The notes below the pieces were generated by a model, which worked only from the letters and a program-made list of their open reading frames with translations, was not told the origin of the DNA and did not search any database. Source: Octopus bimaculoides (Eukaryota). From it: DNA of 64,000 nucleotides. The DNA lies in assembly GCF_001194135.2 (NCBI RefSeq), contig NC_069001.1:3281327-3345326 (forward strand), in the 5' to 3' direction. This document shows, piece after piece, positions 25,360 through 39,097 of this stretch. Both the position numbers and the translations under genes were made by a program. The stretch's first letter is position 1; each line of letters begins with the position of its first letter.

Positions 25360-25804
25360 GGTTAGTTCTAGCTACAAACATCATACTAAGGTGGGACAAC
25401 TTGTTATGTTGGACTTTAGTATTGTAAATTATCTTGCTAGCACTAAGTGACAGATAAATTGACTTGTGAAGATAACACAGAACAGATAATATAACAGAAA
25501 CAATATGGTTCTAAACTACTTTGGTTTTCGGTTCAGCCTCATGATATGACACCATGGGCATGTCTTCTACTATAGCCCTGGGCTGACCAAAGTCATGTGC
25601 AATACATTACCATGTTTATAGTAAGGGTCAAACTCCTGATCATGTTTGCTGTTATTTAGTCCCAGGTCGGCATCAACTAAGTAATCCTATAATGAAAGGC
25701 CTTCCAGCTATGATCTTTGCTATGTTATCTCATGTAGTCTTATTTAGTTCCTTGTTCAAACCTACTCTCATTTGTATCCAATATAGAGTGAATTTGAACT
25801 AAGG

Positions 25805-26135
25805 CACAGGCATGACTGTGTGGTAAAAAGCTTACTTCCCAACCACATGGTTCCAGGTTCAGTTCCACTGCGTGGCAGTCTCAGGCTGACCAAGGCTTTG
25901 TGAGTGGATCTGGAAACTGAAAGAAGCCCATTCTATATATATATCTATGTGCATGGTCCCCCCAACCACCTGACAATTGGTGTTGGTGCGTTTATATCCC
26001 TGTAACTTAGCAGTTCAGCGAAAGAGACCAATAGAATAAATACCAGGTTTTAAAACCTAAGTTCAACAAAAAACCCTTCAAGGCAGTGCCCCAGCATGGC
26101 CACACTCTAATGACTGAAACATATAAAAGATAAGA
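25805..26135 (+). mobile_element. SINE family A copy
   Basis: Same head, body and tail as 1231-1591. Confidence 0.75.
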
Positions 26136-29100
26136 GCTTAGATTTCTAAATTAAAAAGTAAATAGCATATTTACCCGGAAGGCCACCAACACACCAAACA
26201 TGTCATTATGTGCCAAACACGAACATTTAATAATATCAATAACAAAAAGATCATGTACTGACAAGAAAGTCTTATTATCGTTATAATTTAAAGTCCATTT
26301 TTCCATGCTTGCACGAGTCAAATGGAATCTTTTGAGGCAGGTTACCTATGACAGGATATTCTCTCTGCTGTGTCCTGCCACAGAGAGAACATCCTACCAT
26401 AGAAAATCCTTATTGGTTGCCAAGCAAGGTAATATTTCTGACGGTCAGGCTATGTTTTTCCAAGGAATACTGGAAATAAACACTATCATCTGTATGAGAG
26501 TGACGCACATTTAAAACTATCACGTGACAGGCTTCTTTCAGTTTCCATTCCACAGAATCCACTCACAAGGCTTTGGTTAGCGTGGGGCTCTAGTAGAAGA
26601 CACTTGCTCAAAGTGCTATACGGTGGGACTGAACCCAAGACCACATGGTTGATAAGCAAGCTTCTTTAGCACAAAGCCAGGTTTGTGTCTATATATGAAG
26701 TGTGTTGTAGTTTACTAGAAGCATTGTAGTATAATAGTAGAAAAAAAATGAATGAAATAAGAAAGATTCTAACAATACAGAAAGTTTGAAAACCCTTTAT
26801 ATCTCAGGTGCAAAGGCCTATCTTCAGAAGGAAGCAGTCAAAGAAATGTGTATTTACATAGATTTTGGATATGAATATATATATAATCATCCTCATTTAA
26901 TGCCTGTTTTCTATGATGGCATGAGTTGGACAGCTTGACAGGGGCTGGCAAGCCAGAGGACTGCACCAATGTTGGGCCATGAAGTGGCCCATAACTTAAC
27001 CATTTGAAAATAAAGATAAAATAAACATGGAGGTTGATATCATCAATGAAACAAAGGAAAGTGATGTCCCAGCATGGCCACAGTCCAATAACTGAAACCA
27101 GTAAATAACAAACAGGATATAGCAACAAAATATACAAATACACACACACACAAGTATTGATTTCTCACATTACATTACAAACATTGATTCCTTGTGACTG
27201 GTCATGAAGGACAATTGTGGCTGGGGAGACAACACACGAGAGAGAGAGGGGGGGAGTGAGAGAGTGAGAGAGAATAAAAGAGGAAAGAAAGAGATAGAGA
27301 AAGGACAGGGTGGGAGTGTATGTATGTTTGTAAATGGGTGTTTGTGAATGAGTGTATGAATGTTTATGAGTGAATGCATATACAGGGTAATAGAAAATTA
27401 ACTCTCTATTTTAAAATACTTAGAAATTATTTATTAATTGTAATTTTATTCTCAAAATTTTTTTTGTGTTTGTTTTTTGAAGTACGAGAATTTATTCTTT
27501 AATTGTATTGTTCATGTCATTCACAAATGACTGAATACCTGCTTCCCTAGTACTAAGCAGTAACTAGACCATGGTACTAATTAGTAATAAGACAACACTA
27601 CTATTTAGCCCTTTTGACACCAACCCACCTGAAGTAGTACTTCATTCTATGATAGAAATTTCCATTCTTAAAATGCTCTAAATTAAAACCGTCCATCAAA
27701 ATTTTGTTAGTTTATATTTCAAACCCCAGCTTAATAACAACAAAGTTATTTTCATAATTTTTTTTATTTTCGAAATTAATTGAAAGAAGGGCAGTATATT
27801 TCAGCATAAATATGGTAACAACAGGACTAAACCAAGACAACTTCACCAATACGTTAACTGCCAATGGCCTGTTACTGGAACTTATTGGTGACACTACATA
27901 TTTCTGGTGACACTGTAAACTGTTAAATCACAAGGAAATGTATTTTTTCGCATTTTTACAATATTTCATAATTAAATTTTAATATTTAGAATTTATGTTA
28001 TTTAAATATCCTTGAAACCATGACAAAGATACAGAATAAGATATTTTCTCACATTACGAAAATGTACCACCGGTTGTGCATATAATGATTGTGTGAAGTT
28101 TGCAAGGAACCACCAGCAGGAAAATGTGGCAGCTAACATGTTAAAACCTGCAGTATGTTTTAACATGTATGTTTTGTAAGCCTTTCCATTCTGAGTTCAA
28201 AACCAGCTAAAGTCAACTTCATTTATGTTTCTGCATTTGATGAAATAAAGAACCAGCCAAGCACTGGCATGGGCTGATCGATTATTTTTATAAAGTATCC
28301 AGCATGTGTGTAGGTGCATGGCCTAGTGGTTAGGCTGCTACACTTACTATTGCTAGATTGTGGGTTTGCTTCCCCGAGTGGACGGCATATTGTGTTTTTG
28401 AGCAAAACTCTTCATTTCACATAGCTCCTGTTCCTCCCTTTCGATCAGATAGGAATGGTGACCTGTTAGCCTAGCCAGCAGGGTGGCATCATTTGAAGGC
28501 TAAAGCAATGCAAATGTGCATTGTGACCAGCGATGTGTAACAACATCTGACAACCCAATCGGTCACGCGTGATCCAAGATGTGAATGGCATAATAACAGA
28601 AGACTCCTACACTCTTATCACACTATCAACCTGTAATGAAACAGCATATCAGGTAGTTGAGGGCCAGTTAGTAGTGATGGCTTTCTGGTAGCAAAGGGGT
28701 TAATAACGACACCGCAATACTAATTAGTAATGTAAGCACAATACTAATTAGTAACCAGTCCACAGTACTAGATGGTAACAAGGAGTACAAAAACCAGTTA
28801 CCACCTGGGAAATGGCCAAGTTCAATATGAAGGAAGTTGGCAAGAACTTAATGTAATGTTCTCAGTCATTCAATTATTGCTCATATGCAAAGATGCTGTG
28901 GGATCTCTGGCAGACTGACAGGAAATCAGGGCTTCAGATGAGCCAAATATAAAAGATATACAAGAATAAAAGATATACAAGAATAGTTATCTCTGATGAC
29001 AACTCATACAATGAAGACGACAAAATGTTTAAAACAAGCAAAAAAGAAAAAAAAAACCCCCAAGTGTCATGCTTTAAGTGAACTAAATTAAAACCCTCCA

Positions 29101-29722
29101 TTTTATGTTTCAAAGACCTGTTATTTTACTAAATTCTTCATTATTTTCAAAAATAACTGTGAAACGAAAGTGTATTTCACCAGAGACCTGAAAGGACAAA
29201 AGGCAAAGTCGACCTCGGCAGAATAATAATAATAATGAAGTATTACTTTAGCCAAAGGCTAAGATGATAAAGCAGACAAATGGTAGATGTTGAGTAGGGT
29301 GGCAGGTGATTGAAAGTATAATAGAAATATATTTCTCCCAGTAAATGTGTTTACTACTTTTGGAATGGATGGATGGATGGTAGGGCAATGACTGCAGAGA
29401 AAGAAAAGAAGAGATAGGGGAGGATGTACAAGGAGGAGAAAGCAAGGAAACAACAACAACAAACAGCCAACAGGATTTTTAAAATTTTATTCATCTCCAT
29501 ACAATCTGCCCTGCCAACGAGCAGGTGGTTCAGTTTGAACCTTTGTCTCAGCCACTACCACACCTACATTCATCTCTCCTCCATAAAAGACATTGCTGAA
29601 GTTGAGGAAGACAAAAATAACAACCTCCAGAAATAACACTGAACTAAGAGAGAAGTCCAACAGTTCCCTGCTGTATATGTATACACACACTTATATATAT
29701 ATATATATACATACACATATGA

Positions 29723-29787
<65 letters not shown>

Positions 29788-30092
29788 TCATCATCATATA
29801 CGTATATATTCATACACACATACATAAATATACACACATAGATACATATATATATATACATACATACATACATACACACATGTAATATATACACACAAAC
29901 GCACACACATATATAAATGTACACTCACATATATATTTGCTAAAGTTTGTTTTTAACAAAGTTATATATAAAAACAGTTTAACATTAAACTGAAGGATTA
30001 GTCAATGCTTTTAGTAGAGAGAATCTATTTATTAAACTTTAACAAGGGGACTGACTGTGACTTTGAAGTTTTGACTTGATGGCCTTCATCAG

Positions 30093-30141
<49 letters not shown>

Positions 30142-31659
30142 TTATATGCGTATGTATATAGAGGCCTACATTGTCATTAGATATGATGTGCCAGTACAAT
30201 GAGGGTGTAGAAAGAGAGGGCTGGCAAGAGGAAAAAGGATTAAGGACCACTTATAAAGTCTGTGTTTATATCACACACACACATATCTAAAGTTGCATTC
30301 ATATCCTAGTCACTACACACACACAAGCAAATATAACAAAAGCTTTAAGCTATTCTGAACCAGGAAATCATGGACCACCCTGATTAAATCCACATGATGC
30401 ACCCTTTCATCTACCACATGTCAACCTGCCCTTTGCTCAGTCTTTTCACCTCACAGACCTACAACTCTCTAGAATTTTCTATCTTCGTATAAATAGGATA
30501 CAAGTTGACCATTAACTTATGTTCACTTCTCTAATCTAAAAAGGGAAGGACTTACAAGCAGCACCCACTTTTCAGCGAACTAAATTAAAAACCAGAGCAA
30601 AAAACAATAGGTTAGACAGTGTGTGTGTGTACACAGCACATTAAACCTCTTGTGTGAGGTTTGTATAGTTGTTACCTGTTCACATAGGTATGTGCACAAG
30701 GAAAGAAAGGTGTGTTCATGAGCAAGTAAGAAAATATGTGGTATTGTTTGTGAGAAATACATGTGTGTGTGTTTGTAAATATATACCCACACATATACGC
30801 AGAAAGAGATATAAGACCATATGCTTAGAAAGAGAGAAAGGGGGAAAGGGAGAGTTAGGCAGCAGTAGAAACGTTTTAAACTTGGAACTATCTTCATTTA
30901 TTATTTGTTCTCAGTTGTCAGTTTAAATTTCAACCTCACAAAAAATTTAGCAACTGAATTACTGAAACAGACAAATATTAAATGACTGTATGATCACAAG
31001 ATTAATAGTTGTTATTAAGGGAGATTATAATAATTGTTAGGGATAGATTAAAGCTATATGTGAGATGTTTTTGTACATGCACACACACACACATCTGTGT
31101 TTGTGTGAGTCTGTCTATCATCATTTAGAATCTAAGTTTCATGCTGACATGGGTTGGAGGGGTTGACACGATTCAAATGTGTCCATGGACTGCATTGCAC
31201 TCCAGTATCTGCTTTGGCATGGTTCCTACAGCTGGATACCTTTCTTGATATCAACTGTATTACAGAATGGACTGGGTGCTTTTTTTTTTTTGTTTTTATG
31301 TTACCTGCACTATTAAGACTACCATGCAGTCCGCAAGATTACAAACCCTGGGGGGGAGATATGGAGGAGCAGTTTCATGCAAGAGGACAAAGTGATTACT
31401 ATGAGGGTGGGATAGAACAGGTTTTTGTGAAGGGATCTGCATGGTAGAGAGAGAGAGAGAGAGAATGATCAGTAGGAGCAACACAAGATAAATAACAGCA
31501 ATGAAGTGCCCAGGTCAAAGCACAAGCTGAGAAATAGGTGGCTGGGTGGGCAGTTTGTAAGATNNNNNNNNNNAAAGCACAATTGAGCTGGGAAAGTTAG
31601 AGGGTGCAGAAGTGAGAGTGAGGGGGGGGGGGCAAGTAGCAGGAGTAGTAAAGATGATA

Positions 31660-32110
31660 CGGTACAGCGTACACCTACCCTTTTGCTGCATACTGAGTAA
31701 GGCCATTTTCCTGAAGGTACCAGGGTCCCACTTTCTTTCCTACTTACTAAAAAACCTTTGCCTTTGTTAGATTTACCACAAGGCCTCTCTATTCTAGGTT
31801 CAGCCTCCATCCCTAAACTTTCTTTTTTAATTCCCCCATAGACTCAGGTATGAGAACTAGATCATCAGCATGGACAGCCAGTTTTCAACTTTTCTATGAT
31901 GGTTTGTAGGACTACTATGAATTAGAGAGAACTGAGGACTGAACCTTGGTGAACCCCCACTTTCATGCCAAATTCATTACAACAGTGCTTGCCAACTCTC
32001 ACTTTACATACTGCATCATCGTACATAGCTTGAACTGCCTGCACAAGCCATTCATCAACACCTAGTTTCCTCAGAGCCCACCAAATTACCGAACATGGTA
32101 CATCAGGCCA
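31660..32110 (-). mobile_element. RTE-type LINE reverse-transcriptase fragment
   Basis: VPCSVIWWALRKLGVDEWLVQAVQAMY...VGVHQGSVLSSL...DDLVL, then SGKWPYSVCSKRVG; stops and frameshifts are present. Confidence 0.85.
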
Positions 32111-32529
32111 AGAGGAAATAGAAACCTTGCTTGGAATTAGGTGAGGATCAGTGGACAAGAAGGGCACCCAGCCATGGAAAATCTACTTCAACAAACTAAA
32201 TAGATAGTATGGTCATGGCTGGAATGCTTTTGATCAGAGGCCTGCTCAATCAGAAGTGACCTGGCAACGGTAAAAACAATATCAAAACATCCTGTTTCCA
32301 AATAAGATAATATTTCCAAGTGGTCAGAAAATGTCATTTGCAGAATACTGGCAATGAATGACATTCATTTACAACAATCACATGATGTCAAAACAAGGAG
32401 ACAGAAAAATGCACATTCACATGCATACACACACACACACACATCTAGAATCACAAGTTGTAACTTGCCTGAAGACCCTATGCACCTACAGGTGAAACTC
32501 AAAGTAGCAACAGACTGACTTCACCATAG

Positions 32530-32690
32530 GCGCAGACATGGCTGTGTGGTAAGAAGCTTGCTTCCCAACCACATGGTTCCAGGTTCAGACCCACTGCATG
32601 GCACCTTGGGCAAGTGTCTTCTACTATAGCCTCGGGCCGACCAAAGCCCTGTGAGTGGATTGGGTAGACGGAAACTGAAAGAAGTGTGAT
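32530..32690 (+). mobile_element. SINE family A, well-preserved copy
   Basis: CATGGCTGTGTGGTAAGAAGCTTGCTTCCCAACCACATGGTTCCAGGTTCAGACCCAC...GGAAACTGAAAGAAG. Confidence 0.8.
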
Positions 32691-34499
32691 GTATACATAA
32701 ATATATATGTATATAAAAGCAAAACATTCTTAATTTATCGACCCCAGAAGGATGAAAGGCAGAGTCAACCTTGGAAGAATTTGAAAATAATAGGAGAGAG
32801 AGAGTAGTGTGAAACTAGATTTGTTAGGAGAGGAAAATACTTTAATTCCTTTTTATATCAACCCACTTGAGACCACTTCTCATTCTAGGATACAAATTCC
32901 ATTTCAAAGTGGTTAAGAATCATGCTTTCCAGCTACATGGTTTCATGTTCAGTCCCACCATGTAGCACAAGGGGCAAGTATTATCTACTACAGCCATGGG
33001 CTGAACTAAACCAGAAAGTGAAAATAACCATTTGTGTATGTGTATGTGTGTGTGTGTGTGTTTGTCTTGACATCAAGTGACTGATGTATATGAATGCCAT
33101 TCATCTTCAATATTCTGCAAAAATGCATTCAACCATGGGGAAATATTACCTTGCTTGGAAACAGGTAAGGAAGAGCATCCAGCTGTAGAAGATTTGCCTC
33201 AATAAACTCTGTCGAACCCATGTAAGCATTGAAGAGCAGTCGTTAAAATAATGACAGTGAAAATGATCTAAATTAAAAGCTGCTATCAAGTTATGTTCCA
33301 AACACGCAGCTTAATAATGACAAAGTTATTTTGATAAATTCTTCATTATTTTCAAAATTAACTGCAACAAAAGCAGTGTACTTCAACAGAAATATGGTAA
33401 CAAAAGTGCTAAGTGGGCGAAATCTGAAGCAGATGGGAAAAACTGAAGGATGATTATCATTATTAGTGGAAAGGTATCAAGAAGAATATGAAACAAAGAA
33501 ACAAAGTGTTCATCATCATAATAATTGTAGCAACGTCCACTTTGTCATTTCTCCATGAGCTGGACAGAGTTTACTGAGCGAGATGTTTTATGGCTGTGTA
33601 CCCTTTTTGCCACCAACAGTTATCTGTTTTCAAGCAAGCCCCAAGGCCAGACATGTTTTTGTAGAATACTGGAAATAAAGGAGACTGTTTATGTTATTCA
33701 TTTACAAGTATCACACAATGTCAAGACAAGGAGACAAACACAGGCACACATATATATGTTTATATGTACATACATGCACACAACTGGCTTCTTTCAGTTT
33801 CCATCCACCAAATCCACTCACAAATTTTTGTTGGCCCAGGGCTATAGTAGAAGACACTTGCCCATGGTGCCACACAGTGGAAGAGAACCTGAAACCATGT
33901 TGTTGGGAAACAGACTTCTTAAGTCCACAGCCACACCCCTCCTCTGTTCCCTGCTATGTTCCTTCCCCAATTAGTAACTACTAATCTCTAACTCTCCCTA
34001 GTACCACCTGATTACTATTATAAATCTGTTCCTCTCATCTTACTCTCCCTCATTGCCTTGGCATAAAGTCATCACCCACTCTCTCATCTGTTCTCTTTCA
34101 GTTACAGGGGTCACTTTATGACATGATTTTCACTAGTGTTGGTGTAACTTTATAAGTGTACACATTATATAATCTATAAAGTGGTTGGCATTAAGAAGGG
34201 TATCCAGTTGCAGAAACCATGTCAAAGTAGACACTGGATCACAACACAATCCCCGGACTTGTCAGAGCTTGTTGAAAAACCCAACCTATCTCAGCATTGT
34301 ATGTTGGACATTAAATAACGATGATGATTATATATATAATTCTATTTTTGCTGTACATGCACATAACTTAATATCATTTTCCAGCTGACATATTTTCCAT
34401 CCACATTTCCCACTCTTAAATATTTTATCTCATATATCACAAAGTGAACTGTGATATCCATGAAGATGAGTAATGATAGAGAGGAATGTCTTTTTACAT

Positions 34500-34840
34500 G
34501 TTCCAGTCATTAGGCTGTGGCCATGCTGGGGCAGTCATATGGATTGACCCCAGTGCCTTTTTTTCTTCTAAAGCCTAGTACTTATTCTATTGATCATTTT
34601 TGCTGAACCACTAAGCCACAGGGACATAAACACATCAACACCGGTTGTCAAGTGGTGGTGGGGGACAGACAGACACACACACACGATGGGTTTCTTTCAG
34701 TTCCCATCTACTAAATCCATTCACAAGGCTTTGGTCAGCCCAAGGTTATAGAAGACACTTGCCCAAGGTGCCATGCAGTTGATTGAACCTAAAACCATGT
34801 GGTTGGAAAGCAAGCTTCTTACCACACAACCGTGTCTGCA
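34500..34840 (-). mobile_element. SINE family A copy, reverse orientation
   Basis: Reverse complement of the family A head, body and tail. Confidence 0.75.
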
Positions 34841-35732
34841 CCTAATGTTGGTGCAGAACAACCCAAAAGACTGTTCGCACTGTGAATTTATGTCTTTGTG
34901 AATTACACAAACAGGAAGAATAACACACAAATATACTATATAAAGGAATCCTGAAATATCTGAGTTCCCTTGAAGGACTCCTAGACGTTTCAGTGACCCC
35001 TCAACTTTTCGGCCAGCATTGAACTAAAGACAGTTGGTTACTTGTTTAACAACACAATATATAGTAATTGTTGACATAACAAACGACTTGTATATAACTC
35101 ACTCATGAACAGATAATGAGATGATGCAGTCTACAAATATACAAGTATGTATATCAATAAAAAATAAAGGCTGTCACAGAACGGTTGTAAAAATTCTTGA
35201 CTTATAATGTAAACAAATACCTCCATAGATGAACTCATGCTTGTTTGAGTTGATATGCATGAAGACCCATATATCTGTGCATCTCTTTCTCTCTCTCTAA
35301 ATATATATTTATATATATATACACACACAACACTCTACCCAGGCCTCTGGGTGTGTTTAGTAGAATTCACTCAATTACAAGAATTCGAGTCAGGTTCCTA
35401 GTTTGAAAAAACTATACTTTCCTCCACCTTCCACATGCCTCGGAGACACTGAAAAGGGTCTCTGGGAACTGCACTATCTCTTGACCAAGTAATTGTATGT
35501 GTCTGTCTGTCTATATATATATATATACACACACACACACTTGTGAAAACAATACATACATACACACATTTCGGCCATTGACTTGTGACAAACGAGGTTG
35601 ATAACATCGCTCTCACCCCGCCTAGTACGTATTTTGACGATATCTATTTGTCGTACAGCTATGCAACGGCATAAAGGGACGTAACATGAAAAACACCGGT
35701 TTTGAGACCGGTGTAGCAGAAATACACACACC

Positions 35733-35818
<86 letters not shown>

Positions 35819-36241
35819 TATTTGCGTGTGTACAATTTCCGTCTACTAAATTACACTCACAAGGTAGTTTGTCAAATCGAGGCTATAGTTGAAGACGCTA
35901 ACCAGAGATGTCGCGCAGTAGGATCGAACACCGATCCACGTGGTTGCAAAGGAAACTTCTTAGGCACACAGCCATGATTGTACCCATATATGTATGTGTA
36001 TATACGTGCATGTGATTTCACATATATATAAACATCACATAAGCATATATGCATACACACATGTGGATTTATAAATACACACAGATTATGCATAGCGCTT
36101 ATTGTGTTTCCTCTCCCTTAACCGTAACGACCATAACCCTTTTGGTGATGGTGGGGAAGCGAATAAACGCCGAATTGTAACATAAATTATATTTAACTCG
36201 AGATCATATATTGAGTGATCTTTCATGACATGTGAACACCA

Positions 36242-36273
<32 letters not shown>

Positions 36274-36394
36274 CTGTGTGTGTGTACACACATATATATA
36301 GACATATACACTATAGATATACATATATAGAGTTTGTATAATAAAAAAAAAACACTGTCGAGGTAATACAAAATTAATTAAATATACGTAATGT

Positions 36395-36458
<64 letters not shown>

Positions 36459-37044
36459 CGTAATAAATGTACGGGAATATAAAGACAAACACACATAGAT
36501 GCATAGCAATATAACACAACGTTCATAATAAATGGGGAAAATATATTAATGTCTTAATAAACCTGAGGAGATATGATATAATGAGTGTATTTTACACTAT
36601 ATCTCGCCTCCACCACCACGACACTATCGCTAGTGATATATAGTATTTCTAAATCCTGCTACTGCCACCATCACTACTACTACTACTACTACTACTATAC
36701 GGACATGTTCGTGTTATTACATATCAACTCGCATACTAATGTCCTTCTATATAAACACATAGAACACTAACGAAAGGCTACTAACCCGTCGACACCACTA
36801 ATAGCTGATAGTGTTCCTTTTAATAATATCGCTAGGTCGAGCTTTGCAAGGACTTCCTATTATACTTCATCTATAGCAATATTTTCTATTATCATTGCCA
36901 TCATGAAACATATAATTAAAAGAATAACCCCGCTTTATCGTTAAAAACTATCAAACGGGTTGATTGAAACGAAAGATGATACATACAAGTACACATATGA
37001 ATATATATATAGAAAAGGGGAAGAGATGGTTGATTCCGACATAC

Positions 37045-37411
37045 CTTTGATCAGTTTAACAAGACAGCATCCCTCTCTGTGAAATTGTGTATCAAATTTG
37101 GGTCTTAAAATCTGTTGGTCTTCTTTATCCTCTTCTTTTTTTTAGTAATGAATTAATAAGAAATGAAGAGACGATGTTAGTGAGTGAGAAAGAGAAGCTG
37201 TCAATCTCACAAGCCGTCTTTCTCTCTCGGTATGTCCCTCTCTATCTCTCTCCCGATCTCTCTCTCTCTCTCTCTCTGAATCTATGTAAGTCCCTCTCTC
37301 GATCTCTCTTTGTCTCTCCCTCCCCCTCTCTCTATGTCCTCCTCTCTCTATATCTCTCTGCTCCTCACTCCTACCCCGATCTCACTTTCACTCGCTGCTC
37401 ACTCAGCAAAC
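37045..37411. promoter_or_regulatory. Candidate bidirectional promoter with two divergent non-coding first exons (TMEM203 and NDOR1)
   Basis: Minus-strand donor AAG|GTATGT (exon end 37045) and plus-strand donor AAC|GTAAGT (exon end 37411) face away from each other across a CT-rich tract. The surrounding region (~35560-37450) appears richer in CpG than the rest by eye. The NDOR1 ATG exon has an acceptor only 6 nt upstream of the ATG (40608), so a non-coding exon is expected. Confidence 0.5.
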
Positions 37412-38507
37412 GTAAGTAAAGCTACAACGAACACTTCGTTTCGTAACAACCTTTGCATTCCTTCTCCCGTGAATTTACTAAAACTGCTAGTTAAAAAAAA
37501 TCAAATGTTTAACTGAATAAAATAATCTTTCAGAAAAAATTATACATACTAATATTTTACAAATAAATGGGTTCTTAGAAAAACACTGGAATTATTAGCT
37601 TTAACTGAACAATCAGTAAAATATCACGTTTTGAGAACAAACCGGTCCTCCACTGAAAATAGTTACCGAATTAAAAGAATTCTGAGCACTTAATTAATAA
37701 GTTTAAAAAATTAAATTTTGTTTGAAAAAATTACAGAAAGTTTGATTTTATTAGTTTATCTACTCTTTAGTGTCCAAACTGTTTGTAATTTTAATAAAAT
37801 TATGTTTTGTTCAACTTTAGTATTTTAAAATAATCAATACTGTGAAAGAATTCACCGGTGCTTTCAAGAGGCGATAATATTGTTTCGGTAAGTAGAAACG
37901 TTGAAACGTTAAGAGGTCTGTGTACCTGAGCGATCTTCCTAGTCATCATTCACCATTATCTTCATCTATCATTGTAAATTAAATTGACATCTACTCAGTG
38001 GCCACTGAGCATGAAAACTATTCGTTATTTCAGCGACGATCATTTCCAACAAGTGCTTTGTGGGGCAACGAGGAAATTTTCTCACATGCTATGGATATTT
38101 ATTGATAGTACTGGATAAGGCAGAGCAGTAGCTATTGTTATATATAATTTTATACTGCATATATATCACATGTCGGACTTTTATATATATATAGTTTTAA
38201 GATACACCTAGTAGATGCTCTCAGATGCATCATGAGAAATATTTCTGGAGTCTAAATGGAGAGGGTTCAGGTCTTTCAACATCAGATTCTCTTGCCCGGA
38301 AGAGGTACAAAGAAAATGTGAAGTGTGCAAGTCCAGAGCCAACTTCACCCCTTCACTCCCTGCAGACCACCAGTGTGTGTCCTGTGGTGGAGCCTTCCAA
38401 ACACATCAGACTGATCAGCCATAGCCGGGTGCACTGTGCCCTGTTTTCTTCTCCCAATTGATGTCCTTGTTCATTGTCAATGACAGATGAACTAATAATA
38501 ATAATAA

Positions 38508-39097
38508 GGACATGTACCGAGAGTGATAAAAATCAAACATTCAGTCAACATCATGGTGTTTGGAGTGATCATTAGTGATGGAGATGTTATACCTCCATTC
38601 ATTTTCCTACACGGCCTCAGACTCAATACAGAGGCCTACATCAAGTGCCTAGAGGAGGTAGTGCTGCCGTGGGTCAAAAGCATGGCTGCTGGAGGTCCTA
38701 TGTCTGGCAACAGGGCTCTGCACCATGCCACACAAGCAGGAGGACCCAGCCATGGCTGTCAGTCAATTTCTGAAACCACATCACTCCTAACATCTGGCCA
38801 CCTAACTCCCCAGACTGCAACCCCCTTGATTATTATGCATGAGACACAGTTGAGCAAGAGACCAACAAAACTCNNNNNNNNNNTAACTCCCCAGACTCCA
38901 ACCCCCTTGATTATTATGCATGAGACACAGTTGAGCAAGAGACCAACAAAACTCCTTGTAACACTAAAGGTGAAATGAAGGCAAGGATTATGGCAGCATT
39001 CACCAACTTAAACAAGGAGACTGTCCAGAAGAGTTGCAGGAGATTCCGAAGCTGTCTGGAGGCTGTGGTTGAAGCCAATGGTGATTTTATTGAATAA
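38508..39097 (+). mobile_element. Decayed Tc1/mariner DD37D (maT-like) transposase, C-terminal half
   Basis: Translation across a frameshift gives KHSVNIMVFGVI...YIKCLEEVVLPWV...VWQQ(G)SAPCHTS...IWPPNSPDCNPLDYY...LEAVVEANGDFIE*. There are 37 residues between the second catalytic position (mutated to G) and the third. In-frame stops are present. Confidence 0.85.

Noticed and set aside
29487-29690. Minus ORF with a hydrophobic stretch inside the predicted TMEM203 leader intron
   Set aside because: It starts in a microsatellite, has a poor polypyrimidine tract and no recognisable family; a UTR exon cannot be excluded without RNA data.
38804-38953. 70-bp tandem duplication inside the transposase relic
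   Set aside because: The copies sit either side of a 10-N gap and differ by one base, typical of unmerged overlapping contig ends or haplotypes.
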